Shown: one piece after another, positions 16,704 to 28,160 of the stretch
Layout of the letters: each line of letters opens with the position of its first letter
Numbering within the stretch: position 1 is the stretch's first letter
Source: an uncultured Planctomycetia bacterium
GTDB taxonomy: Bacteria; Planctomycetota; MHYJ01; WSZJ01
Assembly (NCBI GenBank): GCA_963706735.1
Contig: CAVPNQ010000090.1
Span: 1,217 to 65,216, forward strand
DNA length: 64,000 bases
Reading direction: 5' to 3'
Program-made: the position numbers and the translations under genes
Notes under the pieces: generated by a model
Told to the model about the DNA's origin: nothing
Seen by the model: only the letters and a program-made list of their open reading frames with translations
The model's database searches: none

Positions 16704-18287
16704 CTACTTTGCCCTGCCCGCCATATCCCGCGCGTCCTTCACCATCTCGACGAATTCCGCGCGGTATCCGCCCGCGTCGCTTCCCAGCCCGCCCTTCGCC
16801 AGCTCCAGGACAAGGTTCCAGCTGGCCTGGCCACGATGCTCGGAATTGCGCAGCACCATCCCGAAGGCCGCGACTGACGCCGCGAAATCGAACTCCGGAG
16901 TCGCCACCGCGTCGCTTCCCGGATCGTTGACGGCGATCTCGAACTTCTCGCTCGTCTCGCCGTCGGGGAGCTTGAAGCGCATCTTGACGGTGCAGAGTTC
17001 GCCGGAGGCGGCACCGCTGCTGGTCGTCGGCGTCTGGTACTTCAGCCCGTCAACCTTCCCTCCGGGAACCTCGATCCCCGCGGGGACGATTTCATACAGC
17101 GCCGTGACCTGGTGCCCGGCTCCGATTTCGCCGGCGTCCTTCGAGTCGTCGTTGAAGTCCTGGTTTGCCATCACGCGGTTTTCGTAGCCGATGAGCCGGT
17201 ATCCCGCGACCTTGGCGGGGTTGAATTCGACCTGGATCTTCACGTCCTTCGCGATCGTGATGAGCGTACCGGTTGCCTGCTCGACGAGGACCTTGCGGCC
17301 TTCCTTCAAGGTGTCGATGTACGCAGCGTTCCCGTTTCCCTTGTCCGCGAGCTGCTGCATCCGCGCGTCGGCGTAGTTCCCGGTTCCGAATCCCAGGACG
17401 CTCAGGAACACGCCGGACTTGCGTTTCTCCTCGATCAGCCGCACCAGCCCGCCCTCGCTCGACACGCCGACGTTGAAGTCGCCGTCGGTGCAGAGGATCA
17501 CGCGGTTCACGCCGCCCGGGACGAAGTTCTCCTGCGCGACCTTGTAGGCGAGTTCGATGCCGGCGCCACCATTCGTCGAGCCGCCCGCCTCGAGGCCGTC
17601 GATCGCCTGCTCCACCGCGTTCTGCGCGGCTCCCGGCGTCGGGGGAAGCACGAGCCCCGAGCTCCCGGCGTACACGACGATCGACACGGTGTCCTTCACC
17701 CGCAGCTGCTTCGCCAGCAGCCTCAGGCAGTTTTTCACGAGCGGCAGCTTGTCCGGCGACTGCATCGAGCCCGACACGTCCACGAGGAATACCAGGTTCG
17801 CCCGCGGCGCTTCCGTCAGCTCGATCTTCTTCCCCTGGATCCCGATCCGCGCCAGCCGGTGCTTCGGCGCCCACGGTGCCTGCCTGACCTCGACCGCGGC
17901 CGAGAAGGGTTTTCCGTCAACCGGCGACGCATAGTCGTACGAGAAGTAGTTCACCATCTCCTCGACGCGCACCGCGTCGGCGGGGGGAAGCCGGCCGTCG
18001 TGGATGAACCGCCTCACATTCGCGTACGACGCCGTGTCCACGTCGATCGAGAACGTCGAGAGTGGCTGGTCTGCGACCCGGAAGAACGGGTTGTCCTTGA
18101 TGTGCGCGTATTCCTCCGTGTTGAACGCGGGATCCATCACAGGCGGGGGCGCCATGTCCGGCAGGTACCCGACTTCCCGGCACGCGGGCGTCGCCTTCCC
18201 CCCCATGTCAGCACTCTCGCACCCCGCGGCCACCGCGGCAGCCACCATCACGCCCATCCGTCCGATCCATGCTCCACGCAGTTTCAT
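16704..18287 (-). CDS. von Willebrand factor type A domain lipoprotein (YfbK-like)
   Basis: ATG 18287 (MKLRGAW..) has GGAGAG upstream; the track start at 18314 is a GTG. Lipobox AAGC. Motifs: FSIDVDTASYANVRRFI..GRLPP.DAVRVEEMVNYF.YDY; LVFLVDVSGSM (MIDAS DxSxS); CTDGDFNVG. The C-terminal region resembles the domain that follows vWA in YfbK-type proteins. Confidence 0.9.
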   Translation of the reverse strand: MKLRGAWIGRMGVMVAAAVAAGCESADMGGKATPACREVGYLPDMAPPPVMDPAFNTEEYAHIKDNPFFRVADQPLSTFSIDVDTASYANVRRFIHDGRLPPADAVRVEEMVNYFSYDYASPVDGKPFSAAVEVRQAPWAPKHRLARIGIQGKKIELTEAPRANLVFLVDVSGSMQSPDKLPLVKNCLRLLAKQLRVKDTVSIVVYAGSSGLVLPPTPGAAQNAVEQAIDGLEAGGSTNGGAGIELAYKVAQENFVPGGVNRVILCTDGDFNVGVSSEGGLVRLIEEKRKSGVFLSVLGFGTGNYADARMQQLADKGNGNAAYIDTLKEGRKVLVEQATGTLITIAKDVKIQVEFNPAKVAGYRLIGYENRVMANQDFNDDSKDAGEIGAGHQVTALYEIVPAGIEVPGGKVDGLKYQTPTTSSGAASGELCTVKMRFKLPDGETSEKFEIAVNDPGSDAVATPEFDFAASVAAFGMVLRNSEHRGQASWNLVLELAKGGLGSDAGGYRAEFVEMVKDARDMAGRAK

Positions 18288-18453
18288 CGTCACTCTCCGC
18301 TTGATGCCGGTCACCCGGCGGTTGACCCCCTGACGGCGATGAAGGTGCAGCGGGGAAGTGCCGCTCGGGTTCGCGGAATTGCGGCGGAATTCCGGAAGCG
18401 GGCGGGCCTGCGAGGTAGGATGCCCCGGGATTCAGGGAAAAAGGGGGGGGGCT

Positions 18454-19410
18454 ATGCCGGAACCAATTTCTGCGAGCGGACGCATTCCCGTGACGTGTCC
18501 GTGCGGCGCAACGTTCACCGTCGAACTCAAGTTCGCGGGCCGCCAGGGCAAGTGCCCGAAATGCAACGCTTCCATTCTTGTCCCGACCCCCGCGCCCAGG
18601 TCGGCCTGCCCCAAATGTCGATACCTGAACAGGGCGGAGGAACCGTTTTGCCTCCAGTGCGGCGAGCCCCTCAAGGCCGCCGCGGTAGAACCTCCGCCGT
18701 CCAAGCCGCCGGGAACCCGACGCATCACGCGCCCGCCGGCAGCGCTGCCGGCGAGCGAAGCCAGACGTCCCAGCGAGGCCCCGGCGATCGCTGCGGAAAG
18801 GGAACCGGCCGCTGAAAAGCCCCCGGGGACGCGCCGATCCACTCGTCCACCCGCCGTTTCAGCGCCGCAGGTGGAAAGGCCGCCGAGCAAACCCCCGGTG
18901 GTCGCGTCCTCCGAAGATCCCGCCTCGTCCGCGGCCGGACGCCGGACGGGTGCCCTTCGCAGCAAACTCGCCGAGATGGAAAAACCGCGCCGGTCGGTCA
19001 TCCTGCGCTTCCTGGTATTCCTTGTCCTGGCAGGCGGCGCGGGAACCGGGACTTTCTACGGGACCCGGAAATACGCGGAGCCCCGGATCGCGGCGGCGCG
19101 CACGGCGGAAAACGAGGCCAGAAAGAGTGTCTGGCCGCCCAAGTCGCTCGACACCCTGCACGACCGCCTCCAGGAAATTTCCCGGGCGAAACCCCGCGAA
19201 AATCCGACGCTGCGCATGACGCCGGAGGAGCAGGCGCTTCACATGACGATCGAGTCCGAGCTGGCGCGCCTGAAGCTCGAGAACCAGGAGGCGGTGAAAG
19301 TGGCGGAAGCGGCGCACGCCGAGTTCGAAAAGTGGCAACTGGGGTGGTACGGGGTGATTGGCGTCGCGGGGTTGATCGCCGGGTTGATAGGGTGGCGGTT
19401 GTCCGCCTGA
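18454..19410 (+). CDS. Zinc-ribbon / Pro-rich / two-TM hypothetical protein
   Basis: ATG 18454 follows a purine/G9 tract. IPVTCPCGATFTVELKFAGRQGKCPKCNASILV is an MJ0042-like ribbon, and CPKCRYLN..FCLQCGEPL is a second ribbon. Repeated KPPGTRR(I/S)TRPPA; TM segments VILRFLVFLVLAGG and VIGVAGLIAGLIGW. Confidence 0.7.
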   Translation: MPEPISASGRIPVTCPCGATFTVELKFAGRQGKCPKCNASILVPTPAPRSACPKCRYLNRAEEPFCLQCGEPLKAAAVEPPPSKPPGTRRITRPPAALPASEARRPSEAPAIAAEREPAAEKPPGTRRSTRPPAVSAPQVERPPSKPPVVASSEDPASSAAGRRTGALRSKLAEMEKPRRSVILRFLVFLVLAGGAGTGTFYGTRKYAEPRIAAARTAENEARKSVWPPKSLDTLHDRLQEISRAKPRENPTLRMTPEEQALHMTIESELARLKLENQEAVKVAEAAHAEFEKWQLGWYGVIGVAGLIAGLIGWRLSA

Positions 19411-19413
19411 CGG

Positions 19414-20541
19414 CTACCTGCCGAGATCGATTTCGTCCTCGCCGCGCAGGTCGTTGAGGCGGAACGCGACGGCGACGCGACGCGCTTTCGGCAGCCTCTC
19501 GAACGCCCGCTCGAGCGCATTCTCGTCCGAACAGGCGCGCGCCGCCCACGGGTCATCCAGGTCGTCCTCCTTGACCTCGACCGTCTCCCCCGCGCGTACC
19601 AGCAACGCGAGGCCGACCGCCGGGTGGTCCGTGGCCTTAATCCACTTCTTTAGGGCCGGGACGATGTCCTTCAGGTGGGGGAGAAGCGCCAGCGCCGCGT
19701 CCCATCGAAGCGGCACGGCCATGTCGCCGAGGCGGTCATCGAGAGCGGGAAGGAGAAGCGCGGAGGGCGATTTGGCCGAGAAGATCTTAGGGGCTTCGAG
19801 GAGCGCCTTGACGGCGTCGTCGGACGGATCGGGCCACTCGCGAACGCAAGCCGTCGGTCCCGATTCGACGAGCAGGTTCCACTCCTCGCGTGTGGCGGGC
19901 ACGGGCGCGGCCGCAAGGGCCGTCCGGGAAGCGTGAGCCTTCGTCGCGGAAGCGGCCTGCGCCGCAAATTCGGCCTCGTCGCCGGAACGGAGCGCCAGAC
20001 CGGCGAGGCGATGGTGGGCGCGGTAGCGGGTGTTGGCGAAAAAGAGCGCCTCTTCCAAAGACAGCGATGACTCGATCATGTGGCTGGCGAGCCCGGCGAC
20101 GGCGCCATAGGCGGCCTTCGCCCGGTCGGGCTTCCGCCGCCATTCCCACTCTTCACCCCACGCGAGCAGGACGTCGATCAGTTCGTGTATGGCGCGAGTC
20201 CGCAAAGCAGCGGGACAGGGGATCCGCCCGGCCGCCAGGTCGCCCCGGGCCCTCTCGCGGTCGCCGAAATCGATCGAAGCCGCGTCCGCCGCCTGCCGCG
20301 CGTATTCGCTGGCCTCGAGGACGCGTCCGTCCGCCAGCGCAATCAGCGCTTCCACGAGCGGCACAGCCCCATTCGGATCGCCGGCGCCCTTGGCCAGGCG
20401 GACGGCGTCGAGGAGTTCCCGGCGGGCGGAAGGGCCCTCCTCGAGAAGGTCGGAGAGGCGGGAAGCGGGAGGCGCCGAGGGGTCGGCGCGCGATTGGGAG
20501 GCTAGCGCGAGGGCGAGGGGGATGAGGAGAGAGGGGCGCAT
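19414..20541 (-). CDS. Hypothetical secreted, alpha-helical protein
   Basis: Signal peptide MRPSLLIPLALALASQSRA. GC3 pattern is consistent. I recognise no motif. Confidence 0.6.
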   Translation of the reverse strand: MRPSLLIPLALALASQSRADPSAPPASRLSDLLEEGPSARRELLDAVRLAKGAGDPNGAVPLVEALIALADGRVLEASEYARQAADAASIDFGDRERARGDLAAGRIPCPAALRTRAIHELIDVLLAWGEEWEWRRKPDRAKAAYGAVAGLASHMIESSLSLEEALFFANTRYRAHHRLAGLALRSGDEAEFAAQAASATKAHASRTALAAAPVPATREEWNLLVESGPTACVREWPDPSDDAVKALLEAPKIFSAKSPSALLLPALDDRLGDMAVPLRWDAALALLPHLKDIVPALKKWIKATDHPAVGLALLVRAGETVEVKEDDLDDPWAARACSDENALERAFERLPKARRVAVAFRLNDLRGEDEIDLGR

Positions 20542-20563
20542 ATTGGTTTATCGGCAGGAGGGC

Positions 20564-20807
20564 GGTTGGGGGTTTGGGGTTCCGGAAGTTGAGTTCGGAG
20601 TTCGTGGTTCGGAGTTCCGGGTTCGGTTGGTTGTTTGGGGTTGCCAGTTGTTCGGTGAGTTGCAGGTTGAGTCGGGAGTTCAACCCCCAACGGAACTGGG
20701 AACCCAACCCGGAACCCACTCAACCCTCAACCCAAAACCCCCAACCGAACCCGGAACTCCGAACCAAGAACTCCGAACTCAACTTCCGGAACCCAAAACC
20801 CCCAACC
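20564..20807. repeat. 244-bp imperfect palindrome built from tandem degenerate heptamers (RGTTCSG and its complement)
   Basis: The left arm 20564-20630 and the reverse complement of the right arm 20741-20807 match at 65 of 67 positions by my alignment. The 110-bp centre is itself loosely palindromic. Left-arm heptads: GGTTGGG GGTTTGG GGTTCCG GAAGTTG AGTTCGG AGTTCGT GGTTCGG AGTTCCG GGTTCGG. It lies in the divergent intergenic region between 19414-20541(-) and nadB. Confidence 0.85.
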
Positions 20808-20834
20808 CCCCCCGTTTCAGCTATCGTCCCCTTC

Positions 20835-22427
20835 ATGACCTCGCAGCTCCACCGCTACCTCACCAACTTCGACGGCCGCCGCATGCCCTGGCGCTCCACC
20901 GATATCCTCATCATCGGCGGCGGCGTCGCCGGCCTCCGCGCCGCCGTCGAGGCCGGCAGGAAAGCCCGCGTCCTGCTCGTCATGAAGCGGACCCTTCACG
21001 ATTCCAACACCGAATGGGCCCAGGGGGGCGTCGCCGCCGCGCTCGACCGCGGCGACACGATCGCCAGCCACGTCCGGGACACCCTCGAGGCCGGCAAGGG
21101 CATCGCCAACGCCCAGGTCGTCCGCACCGTCATCAGGGAAGGCGCACAGCGCGTCAAGGAGCTCATCGCCTGGGGCACCCAGTTCGACCGCTCCTCCGGC
21201 GAAATCCGCTTCGCCCGCGAAGGCGGCCACTCCCGCGCCCGCATCCTTCACGCGCACGGCGACGCGACCGGCGCCGAAATCGCCCGTGCGCTCATCGAGC
21301 GCGTCAAGGCCTGCGCCAACGTCGAGGTCATCGAGAACACGTTCGTGCTCGACCTGCTCGTGAAGGGCGGCCGGTGCCAGGGCGCGCTCGTCGCCGGCCC
21401 GGACGGCGCCCGCAGCGGCATCTCGGCCGGTGCGACGATCCTCGCGACCGGCGGCTGCGGCCAGCTCTACCGCGAATCCACCAATCCCGAAGTCGCCACC
21501 GGCGACGGCCTCGCCATCGCCCACCGCGCCGGCGCCGAGCTCGAGGATATGGAGTTCGTCCAGTTCCACCCGACCGCCCTCTACATCGCCGGCGCCGCCC
21601 GAGCCCTCATGTCCGAGGCCGTCCGCGGCGAGGGCGCCGTCCTCCGCGACCGCCTCAAGCGCCGCTTCATGCCCGACTACCACCCCGACGCCGAACTCGC
21701 CCCTCGCGACACCGTCTCCCGCGCCATCGTCCGCCAGATGCGCGCCACCAACGACACCCAGGTCTACCTCGACCTCACCCACCTGCCCGCCGTGAAAATC
21801 CGCGAACGCTTCCCAGGACTCGCCCGGCTCTGCCGCTCGTTCGGGCTCGACATCGCCCGCGACCCGATCCCCGTCCGCCCCGCCGCGCATTACATGGTCG
21901 GCGGCGTGAAGACCGACCTCCACGGCCGAACGTCACTTCCAGGCCTCTGGGCCGCAGGGGAGTGCGGCTGCGCCGAGTTCCACGGCGCCAACCGCCTGGG
22001 GTCGAATTCGCTCCTGGAAGGGCTGGTCACGGGCGTCCGTGCGGCGAATGACGCGCTGCGTCAATCGAAGCCGCCCTCCGTCCTGTCGTCGGTCAGCAAC
22101 CGCACGCAGACCCCGCCCGAAGGCCAGCCCCCCGTTGACGTCGTCGACCTCCGCGCTTCACTCAAGGCCCTCATGTGGCGCGAAGTCGGCGTCGAGCGCG
22201 ACGCCGACGGCCTCAAGCGCGCCATCCAGGCGATCGACTTCTGGAAGCGCTACGTCCTGCCGCGCGAGTTCAACGCGGTCGCCGGGTGGGAGCTTCAGAA
22301 CATGCTGACGGTCAGCGGGATCATCGCGAAGTGCGCGCTGGCGCGGGACGAGAGCCGGGGGACGCACTACCGGACGGATTTCCCGGAGACGGACGACAAG
22401 CGGTGGAAGCGGCACCAGGTAGTGTGA
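20835..22427 (+). CDS. nadB: L-aspartate oxidase
   Basis: DILIIGGGVAGLRAAVEA...SNTEWAQGGVAAAL...HSRARILHA.GDATG...FVQFHPTAL...EAVRGEGAVL...RPAAHYMVGGV..D...T...GLWAAGEC...HGANRLGSNSLLE. ATG 20835 is chosen over the track start 20574, which would translate the palindrome. Confidence 0.93.
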   Translation: MTSQLHRYLTNFDGRRMPWRSTDILIIGGGVAGLRAAVEAGRKARVLLVMKRTLHDSNTEWAQGGVAAALDRGDTIASHVRDTLEAGKGIANAQVVRTVIREGAQRVKELIAWGTQFDRSSGEIRFAREGGHSRARILHAHGDATGAEIARALIERVKACANVEVIENTFVLDLLVKGGRCQGALVAGPDGARSGISAGATILATGGCGQLYRESTNPEVATGDGLAIAHRAGAELEDMEFVQFHPTALYIAGAARALMSEAVRGEGAVLRDRLKRRFMPDYHPDAELAPRDTVSRAIVRQMRATNDTQVYLDLTHLPAVKIRERFPGLARLCRSFGLDIARDPIPVRPAAHYMVGGVKTDLHGRTSLPGLWAAGECGCAEFHGANRLGSNSLLEGLVTGVRAANDALRQSKPPSVLSSVSNRTQTPPEGQPPVDVVDLRASLKALMWREVGVERDADGLKRAIQAIDFWKRYVLPREFNAVAGWELQNMLTVSGIIAKCALARDESRGTHYRTDFPETDDKRWKRHQVV

Positions 22428-22501
22428 GCTGTTTGAGCGATTTGGGCGCACCTGCCGTGCGCTGCTAGAATGGCCTGCATTCCAAATCTCCAGGGTTGAA
22501 G

Positions 22502-25500
22502 ATGCGAAGCTTTCTCCTGGTTGTCATTGTGACGGTCGGGGCGGTTTCCGGCTGCAGCGGCCCCGGGCCGGCCGATGTGAAGGACTTGCCACGGACGGAC
22601 GAATCCGCCGGGGCCGTGGCGGCGTTTGACGCGGCCATCGCGGACGAATCAACGACGCCCGCGCGGCGCGGCGAACTTTCCGCCGCCGCCGCCGCTGCGC
22701 TCCGAACCCGGATCGACGGGGGGGACGGCGATCCTGCGCTCGCGGCGGCCTTGTCCCGTGTAACCCGCCTGGGGGGTGCGCCGGGGGATGCGCTCAAGGT
22801 GGCGGAACGTGGCCTCGCGGCCAACCCGGGCAACACACTCCTTCTCAAGGAGCGGATCTGGTGCCTTCGCGAACTCCTGGGAGTTGAGGCGGCCATGGGG
22901 ACCCACGAGGGTCGCACCAGCCGCGCGTCGGCGCAGCCTCTTCGCGCCGCGACGAAGCGGGCCTGCATCGAGTTAGCCGCGGCGCCGGGTATGAAGACGC
23001 TGGGGGACGGTTGTGCGGCCCTGGTTGGGAGAAGCTGGCAGGAGGCGATGTTGAAGCTGGGCGAGGCCATCGGGGCTGAGGAGAGCGACCCCGAGCTGCT
23101 GTCGATGCTGGCGGATGCCTGCATGAGCACGGAGGATCCAGTTCGTGCGGAGATGCTGGTGAGCCGGGCCATGAAGAGCGATGCAACCCGCGTGCAGTTT
23201 CTTGCGATGCGGTCGCGAATTCGCGAACGGCTTGGCGACGACGCAGGGGCCGATGCGGATGCGGATCGTGCCCTGTCCCTGTGGCCACGCCACGTGCACG
23301 GGATCGACGCAAAAGCCGGGCGCTTGATCCATGCCAGGGACGCGACCGGGATGAGGTCCTTTGCCCTGCGCGTCGAGGAGTTCCGCCCGAGGTCCGCCTG
23401 CGCGTTCGCGTTGCGCACTCTGGCCCTGCTGACTGAAGAGAGGAAAGGCGAGGCCCTGGTCGAGGCGGACGAGTGCGTTCGCGCATGGCCGGGCGCGCCG
23501 GTGCCTCTCCTGCTGCGAACAATGACCAAGTTTGCCGCGCTGGACCGGGACGGAGTTCGCAAGGATTCGGAAGAAGCGCTGCGGCTCGCGCCCGACGAGC
23601 CGGAATTCCTGTGGCTGATGGCCAAGCTGGCCTCCGTCCAGGGGAAGCTGAAGGAAGCCGAGAAGCACCTGGCCGCAGGGCTCCAGACAGACCCGTTCGA
23701 CTCCGGCTGCCTGTCGCTTCGAGGCGAATTGCGCCTGGAAGCCGGGCGACCGGGTGATGCACTGGCGGACCTCGAGCGCGCGGCCCGCATCCGGCCGTCC
23801 GACGCGCATATCCTGATGTGCCTGGCGAAGGCTCGTGGAGCGATGAAGGACCTCGCGGGGGCCTCGGACGCCTGGGCGAAGTCGATCGCGAGGAAGCCCG
23901 GGGACGCCGAGATCCGGTCAGAACACGCGGAGTGGCTTGCATCCCGGGGCGACAAGGCGGGTGCCATCGCGGAACTCGCGGCGGCGGCATCAGCGGCGAA
24001 ACCGGACGGGGCGTTCGAGATTCTCCAGCGGTTGGCAGACCTGCAGGAGTCGGTGAAGGACCTCGCCGGCGCCAGGACCACTCTCGACGAGATCGTGGCG
24101 AAGTATCCGAAGAAGAGCCTTGGCTGGAACCAGCGCGCCAACTTCCGCGCCAATCAGGGCGACCGCGAGGGAGCCCTTGAGGATTACGGGAAAGCGCTCG
24201 CGATCGACCCCGGGGACTCCGTCCTCCACTACAACCGGGCTGTCTCCCTTCGTCACCTCAAGAGGTCCAAGGAGGCGCTGGCGGACCTCGATGCCGCCGT
24301 GAGACTGCCGGGAGTGAACTCAGGGATGTTCCTTGAACGCTCCAACCTGCTCGACGAAATGGGAAACCCTGAAGCGGCCATGAAGGATGCCGACCGGGCG
24401 CTGGAACTCGACGCGTCGGACCTGGATGCGCTCGTTCATCGCGCCAGGCTTCGCCACGACCACGAGGACAAGGAAGGAGCTCTTTCGGATCTCGACCGCG
24501 CCATCAAGATCAATCCTGACGCCGGCGGCGCCCGGAACCTGCGCGGCGTCGTGAGGTCAGCGATCGGCCGGCACGAGGATGCTCTGGTGGACCTGGAAGT
24601 AGCCATCCGGGTGCTTCCGACAGCGGCCATGCCGCTTCGCAACAAGGGAGACGCCCTCGTCGGGCTTCGGCGTTTCGATGAGGCGCTGGAGGCGTACTCC
24701 GCTTCGCTGCGGCTGGCACCGGACAACCCGGCGATCCTGAATGCCCGCGGCATCGCACATTTCCGGCGCAGGAAATTCGAGGAAGCCTCAACGGACTTCC
24801 GCGCGGCTGCCGAGCGGATGCCCGCGCAGGGGCAATTCTGGCGGAACCTGGCGGAGTCGGAGAGATCCGGAGGAAAATCGGCGGCCGCGCACCTGGCCCT
24901 GGACAGGGCGATCCGCGCGGAGCCGGACAACGGATCGTGGCACCTGGACCGGGCTTCGTGGCTCGATGCGGACGGACGCGTGGATGACGCCCTGTCGGAG
25001 GCCAATCTCGCTGTCGGGCTGATGAAGGGGCGATTCGAGCCGCTGAACTTCCGCGGCGTCCTCCGGCAGAAGGCCGACGACCTTCGGGGAGCGCTGGAGG
25101 ATTTCGGCCGCGCGGCCGAGATCGCGCCGGGCGACGGAACGGTCCTGTCAAACCTGGCGACTCTGCGCCTGAGGACGGGGGACTCGAAGGGAGCGGTCAG
25201 CGCCTCGGACCGAGCCTTCCGGGCCGCTCCCGGGTCCGCGCCCATCTCCATGATCCGTTGCCAGTGCTACGCCGCCGCAGGACGTGCCTCGGAGGTCGTC
25301 AAGGAGATGGACGCCCTTCTGCGGACCGACCCGAAATCCGCTTCGCTGCTTTCCATGCGCGCGATCGCGCGGTTTCAGCGGGGCGACAGCGAGCGGGCCG
25401 CGGAGGACCTGGCTCGCGCGCTTGAAACTGACGCCGGGGACCCGTTTGTGCGGCTCGCGCGCGCCCGGTCGAGGAGTGAAGAGGGCAAGCCCGAGGAGTC

Positions 25501-25906
25501 GATTGCGGACCTGTCTGCGTTCCTCGGTTTGTATCCGTCCGCTCCGTGCGCACTGCGCCTCCGCGCGGAGGCGTACCGCGCCGCAGGAAGGCCGAAAGAA
25601 GCGGTTGAAGACCTGCATACAGTGGTGAAGGTTTTTCCGTCCGACCCGGCCGTCCTGGTCGAGCGAGGCGAGGCGTATCTCGAGTCCGGAGATGCGAAAT
25701 CTGCGCGGGCGGATGCTTCGGCGGCGATGGAGCTGGAGCCTGGCTCCGTCGCGGCCCTGGCGCTCAGGGGGGTCGCGAGGCACGAGCAGGGCGAGGTTCG
25801 GGAAGCGATCACCGACCTGGAGGATGTTCTTCGCAAGGCGCCCGCCGGGTGGACCCGAAGGGGTTATTTCGAGCGACTGCTGATGGTCTGGAGGGAAGAG
25901 AAGTGA
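22502..25906 (+). CDS. Large TPR-repeat lipoprotein
   Basis: MRSFLLVVIVTVGAVSGC lipobox. More than 20 TPR-like 34-aa repeats, for example A..D...AL.L.P.....L..RA......G....A..D. Confidence 0.85.
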   Translation: MRSFLLVVIVTVGAVSGCSGPGPADVKDLPRTDESAGAVAAFDAAIADESTTPARRGELSAAAAAALRTRIDGGDGDPALAAALSRVTRLGGAPGDALKVAERGLAANPGNTLLLKERIWCLRELLGVEAAMGTHEGRTSRASAQPLRAATKRACIELAAAPGMKTLGDGCAALVGRSWQEAMLKLGEAIGAEESDPELLSMLADACMSTEDPVRAEMLVSRAMKSDATRVQFLAMRSRIRERLGDDAGADADADRALSLWPRHVHGIDAKAGRLIHARDATGMRSFALRVEEFRPRSACAFALRTLALLTEERKGEALVEADECVRAWPGAPVPLLLRTMTKFAALDRDGVRKDSEEALRLAPDEPEFLWLMAKLASVQGKLKEAEKHLAAGLQTDPFDSGCLSLRGELRLEAGRPGDALADLERAARIRPSDAHILMCLAKARGAMKDLAGASDAWAKSIARKPGDAEIRSEHAEWLASRGDKAGAIAELAAAASAAKPDGAFEILQRLADLQESVKDLAGARTTLDEIVAKYPKKSLGWNQRANFRANQGDREGALEDYGKALAIDPGDSVLHYNRAVSLRHLKRSKEALADLDAAVRLPGVNSGMFLERSNLLDEMGNPEAAMKDADRALELDASDLDALVHRARLRHDHEDKEGALSDLDRAIKINPDAGGARNLRGVVRSAIGRHEDALVDLEVAIRVLPTAAMPLRNKGDALVGLRRFDEALEAYSASLRLAPDNPAILNARGIAHFRRRKFEEASTDFRAAAERMPAQGQFWRNLAESERSGGKSAAAHLALDRAIRAEPDNGSWHLDRASWLDADGRVDDALSEANLAVGLMKGRFEPLNFRGVLRQKADDLRGALEDFGRAAEIAPGDGTVLSNLATLRLRTGDSKGAVSASDRAFRAAPGSAPISMIRCQCYAAAGRASEVVKEMDALLRTDPKSASLLSMRAIARFQRGDSERAAEDLARALETDAGDPFVRLARARSRSEEGKPEESIADLSAFLGLYPSAPCALRLRAEAYRAAGRPKEAVEDLHTVVKVFPSDPAVLVERGEAYLESGDAKSARADASAAMELEPGSVAALALRGVARHEQGEVREAITDLEDVLRKAPAGWTRRGYFERLLMVWREEK

Positions 25907-26119
25907 GGCCCGGGGCAGGAGATGTCGCGGCCAACAGGCTGTCAATGTGGCAATCCTCCGGAGGGATGACAGGGGAGAGCTGGGCGTCAGCCGTCGATCT
26001 GCAATTGTAAGTCTTTGTTGCGACACATCTTACATTGATCGCTGATCAGCTAGCAAAGGCATAACTTTTGCGTTCATCTCCCTCAAGACCAGCCCTGACC
26101 CCTTGAGGAGCAAGATCTC

Positions 26120-28102
<1,983 letters not shown>

Positions 28103-28120
28103 GTGGAGCGAACAGCCAGC

Positions 28121-28156
28121 GACCCCGGCCCAGGAATGGACCGGGGTCTTTTTTTT
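28121..28156 (+). terminator. Intrinsic terminator after dnaK
   Basis: GACCCCGG (28121-28128) pairs with CCGGGGTC (28141-28148), followed by T8 (28149-28156). Confidence 0.85.
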
Positions 28157-28160
28157 GTCC

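Noticed and set aside
15283-17187. 634-aa ORF overlapping the MFS transporter gene and the 3' end of the vWA gene.
   Set aside because: Its Arg/Pro-rich translation has no motifs. The MFS frame (15290-16657) and the reverse-strand vWA gene explain the region.
20574-20834. N-terminal 87-codon extension of the nadB ORF in the track (start 20574), and the mirror ORFs 20153-20719(-) and 20502-20723(-).
   Set aside because: The extension only translates the heptamer palindrome. The NadB homology, including the FAD-binding DILIIGGGVAG, begins right after ATG 20835.
26001-26119. CIRCE/HrcA operator or sigma32 promoter upstream of dnaK. A perfect 10-bp palindrome GCTGATCAGC at 26041-26050 was noted.
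   Set aside because: There is no TTAGCACTC-N9-GAGTGCTAA-like inverted repeat and no CTTGAAA/CCCCAT pair. The short palindrome alone is not enough evidence for a regulatory call.
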